Origin: an uncultured Coriobacteriaceae bacterium
GTDB lineage: Bacteria > Actinomycetota > Coriobacteriia > Coriobacteriales > Atopobiaceae
Direction: 5' to 3'
DNA length: 48,654 bases
NCBI GenBank assembly: GCA_902772085.1
Contig: CACXZL010000002.1
Coordinates: forward strand, 1 to 48,654
Position numbers and translations under genes: made by a program. Positions 1-7,688 of this stretch are shown here, piece after piece. Numbering within the stretch: position 1 is the stretch's first letter; every line of letters starts with the position of its first letter. The notes beneath the pieces are model-generated. The model saw only the letters and a list, made by a program, of their open reading frames with translations. It ran no database searches and was not told the DNA's origin.

Positions 1-449
1 TCGTCGGTGTAGCCGGGGGCGATGATGCCGTCGGACACCTCGGGCTTGAGGTAGGTGGCGGTGTCGGCATCGCACACGTCGGAGAGCGCTGCCCAGTCGC
101 CGTAGCTGCTCATGCGATCGGCGCCGCGCGCGCGGATATAGGCGCAGGCGATGGGGGAGGGGTCGGGCAGGTTGTCGCCCACGAAGTAGATCTGTCGGTC
201 GGTCTCCGACAAGGGCGTGCCCACGGCGGCGCCCGCAGGGCTTACGTGCTTGAAGCTCGCAGCTGCGGGCAGGCCGGTGGCCTCCTTGAGGTCGCGCACG
301 AGCTGCCATGAGTTGACGGCGTCGAGGAAGTTGATGTAGCCGGGCTTGCCTTGTAGCACCGTGATGGGCAGCTCGGAGCCGTCCTTCATGTAGATGCGCG
401 AAGGTTTTTGATTTGGGTTCATGCCATACTTGAGTTCGAGTTCGTTCAT
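1..449 (-). CDS. purH: AICAR formyltransferase (transformylase-only PurH type), N-terminal part; 3' end lies beyond the window edge
   Basis: Absent from the ORF track because it runs off the edge. Minus-strand translation from ATG at 449 gives [77 protein letters not shown]..., the conserved N-terminus of stand-alone AICARFT enzymes. AGGAAAGGA Shine-Dalgarno sits upstream. Confidence 0.8.
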   Translation of the reverse strand, partial: MNELELKYGMNPNQKPSRIYMKDGSELPITVLQGKPGYINFLDAVNSWQLVRDLKEATGLPAAASFKHVSPAGAAVGTPLSETDRQIYFVGDNLPDPSPIACAYIRARGADRMSSYGDWAALSDVCDADTATYLKPEVSDGIIAPGYTD

Positions 450-697
450 GAGGGATCCTTTCCTGGCGGCTCGGCGGGAGGATGAGCGCGCCGCTCAAAC
501 ATCTGCTGCGCAGCATCCCGCCGAGCCTCTCGTTACCGTCGTGTGCAAATCTAAAACCTATACCTCGCCGGAGCGGGGAGTAAGTCTGTCGCCCTTCGGG
601 CGCTTATATTGGGCACTCCGTAGGAGCGCACGCACTTCTTCGCCAGTTCCGCAAAGTTGTTGTACCTTCTCGCGTCAAGAGCGTGGGCGGCTGGAAG

Positions 698-776
698 GCG
701 CGGGGATGGGTGGTTTCGCGCGCAGTTCCGCAGCGAAGCGAGGACTGTTTGAGCACGAAACCACCCATCCCCGCGC
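698..776. repeat. Long hairpin (21-bp perfect arms GCGCGGGGATGGGTGGTTTCG / CGAAACCACCCATCCCCGCGC) with a GCGAAGCGAG-containing loop
   Basis: Arms read directly at 698-718 and 756-776. The loop shares GCGAAGCGAG with the core of the hairpin family at 1653, 14786 and 33278, in inverted orientation. It lies in the 336-nt spacer between purO and purH. Confidence 0.7.
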
Positions 777-785
777 CTCGCACTC

Positions 786-1421
786 CTAGTCGCCCAGGTT
801 CTTGTTGAAGATGGTGACCTTGCCGCCGCGGTTGCAATAGAGGCTGATCTTGTTGTCTTCGTTCAATGCGGACCAAAGCTCGTCAGGAGTGGGGAGGGTC
901 ACCTCGATGGGCTCGCCGACGAACGTGGGCAGGGGATCGCCGTCCGCCACATAGGTGGAGAGGAAGTAGCCTACTCCCTCGTCGGCGCCTTCGTAGCAGA
1001 AGAACTCGCGCAGGCAGCGCCCGTTCTCTTGGTGCTTGAGGATGGAGAGCTCGAAGGAGCCGTCGGTGTTCAAGATGGCCGAGATGCGCGGTGTGAAGTT
1101 TGGCGCGTCGGGCTCGAACTCGCGTGTCATGCAACCGCGGCGGAAGTCGCCGGCCTCCACGATGGTGTCGGTCTGATCGCCATTGGTTACCACAAGTGCG
1201 TCTCCCATGGTGCGGACGGGGTGATAGATGATGAGACTGGGGTCCTCCACGAGCTCGGGCTGGTGCGCCTCGGTGCGGATGCCATCATCGGTCTCCACAA
1301 AGATGCGATTGCGGCTGTTGAAGCTGCGGCCCATGATGAAGTAGTAGACGCAGCCCCTTCCCACGACGATGCCGCGTCCGGGATAGGCGTTTTGTTTGAG
1401 AAGCTCAACAAGGTCTTGCAT
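786..1421 (-). CDS. IMP cyclohydrolase (PurO-like)
   Basis: ORF 786..1490 trimmed to the internal ATG at 1421 (MQDLVELLKQNAYPGRGIVVGR...), which has a GGGAGGAA Shine-Dalgarno just upstream. The sequence resembles PurO-type IMP cyclohydrolases, which are usually paired with transformylase-only PurH. Confidence 0.8.
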   Translation of the reverse strand: MQDLVELLKQNAYPGRGIVVGRGCVYYFIMGRSFNSRNRIFVETDDGIRTEAHQPELVEDPSLIIYHPVRTMGDALVVTNGDQTDTIVEAGDFRRGCMTREFEPDAPNFTPRISAILNTDGSFELSILKHQENGRCLREFFCYEGADEGVGYFLSTYVADGDPLPTFVGEPIEVTLPTPDELWSALNEDNKISLYCNRGGKVTIFNKNLGD

Positions 1422-1465
1422 AGTTCCTCCCTCTCTCGTGGTCGTTGGGTTCGTTCTGACGGCCA

Positions 1466-1585
1466 AAATGAAAAGGCAAGCCTTCCGCATGCGGGAACGG
1501 CTTGCCCAGACGGTCGGCGTATGTATATGCTGCTCCCCCGTGGTGCCCCACGATCTTGTCCGTCAGTCACAGCATGGGGGAACTG
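1466..1585 (-). promoter_or_regulatory. ZTP (pfl-motif) riboswitch with intrinsic terminator expression platform
   Basis: Minus strand reads ...GTGACTGACGGACAAGATCGTGGGGCACCACGGGGGAGC...ACGCCGACCGTCTGGGCAAGCCGTTCCCGCATGCGGAAGGCTTGCCTTTTCATTTT. The GACUGACGG and GCCGACCGUCUGGGC blocks are the conserved ZTP aptamer halves. The GGGCAAGCC/GGCTTGCC hairpin plus U-run overlaps the pseudoknot strand. It sits directly 5' of purO-purH, the classic regulon. Confidence 0.85.
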
Positions 1586-1652
1586 TAGCACATGTGTCGC
1601 CGTCGCAAATGTGACATACGGAAAAACCACGCGAGCCGAATGCACGAGGTCG

Positions 1653-1754
1653 CTCGTTCACACCGCCGCGCCAGCCAGCTGGCGGCTCCGCGCTCGCTTC
1701 GTTCGTGCACTTCGTGAGTCGCCACAAATTGGCTGGCGCGTCGGTGTGAACGAG
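1653..1754. repeat. Long-stem hairpin repeat, family copy A
   Basis: Arms CTCGTTCACACCGCCGCGCCAGCCA / TGGCTGGCGCGTCGGTGTGAACGAG flank the core GGCGGCTCCGCGCTCGCTTCGTTCGTGCACTTCGTGAGTCGCC, which is shared with copies at 14786 and 33278. Confidence 0.75.
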
Positions 1755-2023
1755 TGGGGTAAAAATGGCATAAGTTACAGATCAATAACAAATGTAAATT
1801 ATGCTGCTTGCTAAGACAGCTTGTCATCCATCGCTGTTCACATATAGTGTATGGTATGAAAGGAAAATGACTGCTATGGGAACTGACAATAATGGTTAAG
1901 ATTATTGAATAATGACGCTTGGAGTCTTGAAGTTAAACGTCACTTGGATTTGGTGACGCAAAGACTCAGAATTACATAATTGGCAAGTTACGTACTATTG
2001 ATGCGGGGGGGGGTATATATTCT

Positions 2024-2710
2024 ATGAGTGCTATTGGTGACAACATTCGAGCATTGAGAACGCTCTATGGCAACGGCCGCGACCTCACCCAAAACGAGCT
2101 TGCTGAAATCATCGGCGTAACGCGTGAGACGGTCAACAAATGGGAAGCAGGTTCGATTGGCAACATACGCACGAGCAACATTGAGCGTCTGTGCGAGCAC
2201 TTCGATCTCTCGATGGATGATTTGCGCTCTGAGATAAATGGATTGGCCGCTCAGCTGCGCGCGAAACGTGAGTCGGAAATACTCGAACGCATAACTGTTC
2301 AGATGTCAATGAGTCAGTTCACCGTCCCGCTCGTAAAGCTCAACGAGCTTCGCAATGTGCAAGAACTCGAATGTCCTTTACAGAAAGTTGAAGTTGCTCC
2401 CAGCCTCATAAACCACCACCATGCGCTCTACGCCTTCAAAATGAACGACGGATCGATGGGTAGAATCCTGCCCAAGGGGTGCCACGTGTTTGTGGACTTG
2501 GATGCCGAGCCCCAAGCACGGTCGCTCGTAGTCGTGAGCGTGCCTGAGAAATCCGAAGACCTGCTTGTGCGCCGTCTGTATTTTGGCGGGACGAAGGCGA
2601 TGCTTGCTGCTGAGGGGAACGAGGAGTGGGAAGACATCGTGATCAATCGATCGAGCCTGAGTGTCATCGGTACGGTGGTCTGGGTGCAGGCACCCAGAGA
2701 ATTTGAGTGA
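2024..2710 (+). CDS. XRE-family HTH fused to an S24 (LexA/CI-like) peptidase domain; repressor
   Basis: The N-terminus LTQNELAEIIGVTRETVNKWEAG is a typical HTH_3 motif. The C-terminus has MNDGSMGRILPKG (GDSM-like Ser motif) and LLVRRLYF aligning with LexA TVKRL. The gene is visibly lower in GC than its neighbours. Confidence 0.8.
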   Translation: MSAIGDNIRALRTLYGNGRDLTQNELAEIIGVTRETVNKWEAGSIGNIRTSNIERLCEHFDLSMDDLRSEINGLAAQLRAKRESEILERITVQMSMSQFTVPLVKLNELRNVQELECPLQKVEVAPSLINHHHALYAFKMNDGSMGRILPKGCHVFVDLDAEPQARSLVVVSVPEKSEDLLVRRLYFGGTKAMLAAEGNEEWEDIVINRSSLSVIGTVVWVQAPREFE

Positions 2711-2751
2711 GGCTCACTTTTTTACAGAATCGCCAGGGCGCTGGCCTGTAG

Positions 2752-2980
2752 TCTGCTGGAATTCCGTTTGGCGAGGGGTTCTCTGCTGGAATCGCGTTTG
2801 GCGAGGCCCGGTCTGCTGGAATTCCGTTTGGCGAGGGGCCCTCTGCTGGAATTCCGTTTGGCGAGGGCGATTCTGCCGAAATCTCGTTTGGCGAGCCTCG
2901 CCAAACGCGAAACCAGCAGAACCTCCCTCAGCAAACGAGATTCCGGCAGGGGTCCCCTCGCCAAACGCAAAATCGCTAGA
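2752..2980. repeat. Array of eight 25-nt units at exact 30-bp phasing: five direct (TCTGCTGGAATTCCGTTTGGCGAGG) then three inverted
   Basis: Unit starts were read at 2752, 2782, 2812, 2842 and 2872 (forward) and at 2896, 2926 and 2956 (reverse complement, CCTCGCCAAACG...CAGCAGA). Spacers are 5 nt. The array switches orientation at 2895/2896. Confidence 0.9.
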
Positions 2981-3118
2981 AGCCTGATGGCCGGCCCGTG
3001 AAAAGACGGAGCCACGGGACGTTTTCTGTGCCGCTGGCCCGCCATTTGGCGCATGTCGTGGGCATGCGCTAAACTAGAGCCATGATGTACCGCACGCAGC
3101 AGGCCAAGGAGCACAATC

Positions 3119-4171
3119 ATGTCTGTTTACGCCCTCGATTTTGGAACCACGGACTCAGGTATTCCCACGCACCTCTATCGCCTCAAGAACTCCTCTGGTA
3201 TGGAGGTGGACGTGACGGACGTCGGAGCCTCCCTCGTGGCGGTGCGCATTCCTACGAAAGACGGAGCGCTCGTGGACGTGACCCTGGGCTTTGACGAGGC
3301 GACGCGCTATGAGCACAACTACCGTTACCTTGGAGCCTTCATAGGTCGATGCGCAAATCGCATAGCCGGCGCATCGTTCCAACTCGATGGCCGCACCTAC
3401 GAGCTCACGGCAAACGAAGGGTCAAACTACCTGCATGGCGGATGCGACATGTGGTACGGTCGTCTATGGGACGGTGCGGTCATAGGAAAGAAAGGCGATC
3501 GCCGTCGAGGCGCCCATGCCGACACCGCGATCTTTGGCTTGCTCTCGCCTGACGGCGATCAGGGCTTTCCCGGCGAGCTGGACGTTCGCGTGACCTACAC
3601 GCTTACCGAGGGCAATGAGTTGCGCCTGGTATACGATGCCCAGCCCACGCTGAAGACCCTGGTAAACATCACGACCCATCCGTACTGGAACCTCAACGGC
3701 CATCTCAGCGGTTCCGTCTTGGACCATACGCTGCAGATAGCGGCAGAGCAATACACTCCCACCAACGATCAAAACGTACCCGACGGTCGCAAGGTGAACG
3801 TTGGTGGGACGCCTTTCGATTTCCGCACGCCCAAGGCCATAGGTCGCGATTTCAGCGAGCGCTTCAACAACTACGACCACAACTTCGTGGTAAACAAGGG
3901 CAACGGCATCCAGCGGGTTGCCACGCTGGTGGGAGATAAGACCGGCATAGAGATGGATATGCTCACCGACATGCCGGCAATCCAGCTGTATACCGCTCGT
4001 GATTTGCACCTGGAGAACGTCAAGGAGGGAGGCGTGTACGGAGGGTATGCCGGTGTGGCGCTCGAGGCGCAGTTCTCTCCCGATGCAATTCACCATCCGG
4101 ACTTCCGCCAGCCGGTGTTTTCGCCAGAGCTTCCGTTCCACAGCTGCACTACGTATCGCTTCCGTTTCTGA
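3119..4171 (+). CDS. galM: Aldose 1-epimerase (galactose mutarotase)
   Basis: 350 aa with ...FIGRCANRIAGASFQLDGRTYELTANEGSNYLHGG... and ...ITTHPYWNL..., typical mutarotase motifs. AAGGAG Shine-Dalgarno lies 7 nt upstream. Confidence 0.9.
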   Translation: MSVYALDFGTTDSGIPTHLYRLKNSSGMEVDVTDVGASLVAVRIPTKDGALVDVTLGFDEATRYEHNYRYLGAFIGRCANRIAGASFQLDGRTYELTANEGSNYLHGGCDMWYGRLWDGAVIGKKGDRRRGAHADTAIFGLLSPDGDQGFPGELDVRVTYTLTEGNELRLVYDAQPTLKTLVNITTHPYWNLNGHLSGSVLDHTLQIAAEQYTPTNDQNVPDGRKVNVGGTPFDFRTPKAIGRDFSERFNNYDHNFVVNKGNGIQRVATLVGDKTGIEMDMLTDMPAIQLYTARDLHLENVKEGGVYGGYAGVALEAQFSPDAIHHPDFRQPVFSPELPFHSCTTYRFRF

Positions 4172-4222
4172 GAACGCCGGATTGATTTCGGAAGAATGGC
4201 TTACAAGCAAAGGAGAAGTACC

Positions 4223-4465
4223 ATGGCAATCCAGCTCGAAGAAGTTATCGAAATGCTCGAAGACATCCAAGAGGACGTGGACTATGCGACGTGCACTACG
4301 CTCATTGACGATCACGTGCTCGATTCCTTCGACATCCTGGCAATCGTGAGCGCGGCTGACGAGGAGTTTGACGTGACGATTCCCGCCAAAGACATCGTGC
4401 CAGAGAACTTCAACAGTGCCCAATCGCTGTGTGCACTGATAAACCGCCTCGCCGACGAGGACTAA
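4223..4465 (+). CDS. Small acyl/D-alanyl carrier protein (DltC-like, PP-binding)
   Basis: ORF 4196..4465 trimmed to ATG 4223, which is preceded by AAAGGAGAAG. 80 aa, acidic, with HVLDSFDILAIV containing the phosphopantetheine-attachment-type Ser. Confidence 0.75.
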   Translation: MAIQLEEVIEMLEDIQEDVDYATCTTLIDDHVLDSFDILAIVSAADEEFDVTIPAKDIVPENFNSAQSLCALINRLADED

Positions 4466-4518
4466 ACCGCCTCGCCGACAAGGGCGAGCGGTGCGTTTCG
4501 CAAGTGGCCGAGGCGCTT

Positions 4519-4644
4519 GGGACGCGCCGAACAATTACTCGTCGATTTGGCGGCCCCGCGCGGCGTATGCGCCGGCTTGGTGTTGCCATGGTAGGCGCTC
4601 GCTCGACGCTCGCCAAACCATTCGAGTAATCGTTCGGCGCGTCC
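4519..4644. repeat. Inverted repeat, 22-bp arms (GGACGCGCCGAACAATTACTCG / CGAGTAATCGTTCGGCGCGTCC) around an 82-nt centre
   Basis: Arms read at 4519-4541 and 4623-4644 with one mismatch. The right arm abuts the stop codon of the ligase gene. The centre contains TTTGGCGG, CTCGCCAAAC and GCGCTCGCTCG motifs related to the other repeat families. Confidence 0.7.
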
Positions 4645-6207
4645 TTAGCGCCTGATGCGTGCCATTACCTCGAGGGCAGCACGATCTATCTTGCCGTTCT
4701 TCGTAAGGGGCATCGCATCCAGCTGACGGGTGTTGTTTGGCACCATGTACTGGGGCAGCAGGTCACGCAGCTGTCTCTTGAGCTCTTTGCGATCGATGTC
4801 TCCGACGTAGCAGAGCACGAGCCGCTTGCGCTGGCTGTCGTACAGGCAGCAGGCTCGCTCCACGCCCTCCACGCCATGTGCCGTCGTCTCGATGTCTCCG
4901 AGCTCTATGCGCTGGCCGAGGTGCTTGATCTGATGGTCTTTGCGCGACACAAACACAAGGTCACCGTTGTCGTCGTATCGTGCCAGGTCGCCCGTACGAT
5001 ACATGGGCTCCATCCAGCGCGCGTTGAGTGGATTCTGCACGAACGCTTGGGTGGTGCGCTCGGGATTTTCCAGATATCCCAGCGCAAGGCAGGTGCCACA
5101 CACGCAGACCTCGCCCACGGTGTCTGGGTTGTCTGGCGTCACGAGCGTGTCGTGCTCGCCGAGCAGCAAGACGCGCTCGTTTGCGAAGGGCTTGCCCATG
5201 GGAATGGCCTCATCGTCTTCAAAGACGTGGTCTATCACGTGGTACGTACAGTTGCAGGTGATCTCCGTGGGACCGTAGAGATTCACAAAGAGCGCTTCCG
5301 GCAGATGCTTTTGCCAAACGCGAAGCTGCTTGGGCGGCATGACCTCCCCGCTAAACAAGACCCTCCGCACGCTTGTGGGCACGCGATAGCCAAACCCACC
5401 CATGATGGAGACGAAGCAAAGTGCGCTCACCGCCCACGTGAGCGTCGTGGCTTCGGAATCGCAAAGGTAATCCATGAGTTGCGTGGGGTTGGAGAAATAC
5501 TCGCGCGGTACGATGCGAAGCGTGGCGCCGGTGAGCAGGCACGAATAGATGTCCTTTACGGACACGTCGAAGTCGAAAGGCGCCTGGTTTGCCACGACGT
5601 CGCTTCCGTCGATGCCGAACTCGCCCACAAAGACAGGTGCGAAATCCAGCACCGAACGATGGCTCACCACCACGCCCTTTGGCGTGCCCGTACTGCCGCT
5701 GGTGAAGTTCACGTAGAGCGGGTCGCAATCAGTTGCCTGCGCTCGTATCGCAGCCAGCAATCCGTCGTCGACGGCGCGTTCCGCCAACTCGTCCAAAAGC
5801 ACGACTCGTGCCGACGGGACGCCTGTCATCCTGGCGGCTTGTGGCCCGTTGCAAAAGAGCTCCCGAGCAAGGGTGGCGTTGAGTTTGTCGGTCACCACGA
5901 TCGCCGGTTGCAACGCCTCGCAAATGCTGTGCACGCGACCTTCGGGCTGGCGGATGTCTATGACGGAATAAAACCCTCCGGCATAGACGGCTCCAAGCAT
6001 GGCGGCCAGTGCCAGCGGGCTTTTTTCGAGGTAGAGCGCAACTGCCGTGCGTGGCCTCACGCCGCCCTCGGTGGCAAGCCACGTGCCCATGGCACGCGCC
6101 GCCCGTAGCAGTTCGTCGTAGGTGAGCGACGAATCCGGGTCGGCGACGGCCTGCTTCCTGGGATGTCGTTGCGTGGTCTCCTCAAGCATCTGCAAAACGT
6201 TGTACAT
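4645..6207 (-). CDS. ANL-superfamily adenylating enzyme, DltA-like carrier-protein ligase
   Basis: 520 aa with FTSGSTGTPKGVVVSH (A3), YRTGDLARY...LGQRIELGDIE and LTKNGKIDR motifs. GGAGGAGG Shine-Dalgarno upstream of ATG 6207. Confidence 0.85.
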   Translation of the reverse strand: MYNVLQMLEETTQRHPRKQAVADPDSSLTYDELLRAARAMGTWLATEGGVRPRTAVALYLEKSPLALAAMLGAVYAGGFYSVIDIRQPEGRVHSICEALQPAIVVTDKLNATLARELFCNGPQAARMTGVPSARVVLLDELAERAVDDGLLAAIRAQATDCDPLYVNFTSGSTGTPKGVVVSHRSVLDFAPVFVGEFGIDGSDVVANQAPFDFDVSVKDIYSCLLTGATLRIVPREYFSNPTQLMDYLCDSEATTLTWAVSALCFVSIMGGFGYRVPTSVRRVLFSGEVMPPKQLRVWQKHLPEALFVNLYGPTEITCNCTYHVIDHVFEDDEAIPMGKPFANERVLLLGEHDTLVTPDNPDTVGEVCVCGTCLALGYLENPERTTQAFVQNPLNARWMEPMYRTGDLARYDDNGDLVFVSRKDHQIKHLGQRIELGDIETTAHGVEGVERACCLYDSQRKRLVLCYVGDIDRKELKRQLRDLLPQYMVPNNTRQLDAMPLTKNGKIDRAALEVMARIRR

Positions 6208-6263
6208 GCCATCCTCCTCCAGGTGCGCAAAAGCGGCTAGCCTCTTGCATGCTCCTGCGTGCC

Positions 6264-7688
6264 TTACGTAAATGATACGGGGCCTTCTACGGAACGGTCC
6301 ACATCCTGATGCCCGTTTGTGGCACGGGCGGTGATGCGTATGGTTGCGCCGTCATGTCCGTCGCGGGGCAGCGTGAACTCGGAAGCGCGTTCGAATGCTC
6401 GTACGACGCGCCACTGTCCTGAGTCGTCTTTGACCTCCAGCTGATATGCCACGGGAGTCTGCGTCCCAGTGCGCGCATGAGCTTCGATGCGCGCACCTTC
6501 TTGCGTGACCTCATACGTGTAGTCGAGCGAGTCGACAAAGTCGATGGACGCACGATATGCATCCCAGCCATCCTGGTCGTAGCCGTAAAAGAGCCCGCTT
6601 ACGTCTTCGCCAGCCTCTATGCGCTTCACCAGCTGCGATACGGTCTTGCTCGTCTCGATGGCGCCTTTGTCCGTGAGGTGGACGTGATCCCAGAAGAAGT
6701 CTACGCTGGGGTTGAGCTCTTCGCGACGGAGCATGCTGAGGTCTAGGTAGGTGCCGTCCTGCGCCTCCACGATCTCCTTGAGGGCCTGCATGCGCTCGGT
6801 ATAATGGTTCTCGTAGGCCTCGACGGCTGATGGGGTATACAGTGCGCCGAGGACGTACAGATGGACGCCCCGCTGCCTGCAATACGCGCACATGCTTTTG
6901 AAGGCGTCGAGCGAATACGACGAAACGGGCTTGTCGGCCTCGTAGTGTCCCACGACGTCCCCATGCTTGGCCTCGGCCTTGAGGCCGATGTGATAGCCAC
7001 CGTACCCTTGGCCCTCATAGGTCCACTTGGGGCTATAGCGTGCACACCAGCGCTTGCCCGCCTCGAAGACGTCGCACTCCGCCCGGTTTCTGATGTTTTC
7101 CACGATGTTTGAAGGCGAGAGGGGCACGTGGTCGTAAGCCCAGGGAAAAAGGCCGGTAAGAGACTCGTGCCGCTCGAAGAAGTAGCGGTAGCCAAGGAGC
7201 CTCCCAATGTCGCTCAAGGCCTGCGCGGGCGACTCCCCCTGAATCTTCGCCTGAGTGAAAACGGTCGAGAGATTGATGTAGGGATCTTCGAGCAGCGTCT
7301 CGTATCCCACGCACATAAACACGCGTTTGATCTGGTGGTCGGAGCATGCCGTCTCCACCGTCGCAAGAACGTTGTCGACGATCTGCCCTGGGGTGCTCAT
7401 ATTGAACGAGTGCGAGCCCAAGTGTTCGTCGAGCACCTGTGGCTTGAGCCCATAGGCAGTGGTTGACGTGCCGACCAGTATGGTATCTACGCTCGGGGTC
7501 TGACGATACTCTCTCCACATGAGCTCGGTATGCTCACCGTATGGCTGCAGCGCAAAGCAGAGCAGCACGTCGACGACCGCCAGTACGGCAACAAACGCTA
7601 GCGCGGTGACGACGCGCCGTTTCCGCCGGCTCGTGCCATCGTGGCAAGGCGTCTTCGCGTCGCTGGAGGCATGGTCCTCAGCGCTCAT
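6264..7688 (-). CDS. DltD-like / SGNH-fold membrane-anchored ectoenzyme, paralogue 2, with extra C-terminal module
   Basis: ORF 6264..7703. The ATG at 7688 has GAGGAGG 7 nt upstream and overlaps the upstream stop by 11 nt. One N-terminal TM helix, ILVGTSTT and FWDHVHLTDKGA motifs. Start choice is uncertain. Confidence 0.7.
   Translation of the reverse strand: MSAEDHASSDAKTPCHDGTSRRKRRVVTALAFVAVLAVVDVLLCFALQPYGEHTELMWREYRQTPSVDTILVGTSTTAYGLKPQVLDEHLGSHSFNMSTPGQIVDNVLATVETACSDHQIKRVFMCVGYETLLEDPYINLSTVFTQAKIQGESPAQALSDIGRLLGYRYFFERHESLTGLFPWAYDHVPLSPSNIVENIRNRAECDVFEAGKRWCARYSPKWTYEGQGYGGYHIGLKAEAKHGDVVGHYEADKPVSSYSLDAFKSMCAYCRQRGVHLYVLGALYTPSAVEAYENHYTERMQALKEIVEAQDGTYLDLSMLRREELNPSVDFFWDHVHLTDKGAIETSKTVSQLVKRIEAGEDVSGLFYGYDQDGWDAYRASIDFVDSLDYTYEVTQEGARIEAHARTGTQTPVAYQLEVKDDSGQWRVVRAFERASEFTLPRDGHDGATIRITARATNGHQDVDRSVEGPVSFT

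Noticed and set aside
2752-2980. Possible CRISPR array.
   Set aside because: Spacers are only 5 nt, the units flip orientation mid-array, and there are no cas genes or leader. This does not fit CRISPR architecture.
2661-2987. ORFs translating the 30-bp repeats into a 10-aa periodic peptide (CWNSVWRG...), and the mirror ORF at 2722..3120.
   Set aside because: The periodicity is a by-product of the DNA repeat, whose 30-bp period equals 10 codons. Open frames exist on both strands, overlap the upstream gene end, and lack an RBS. The same units occur in the opposite orientation at 10781.
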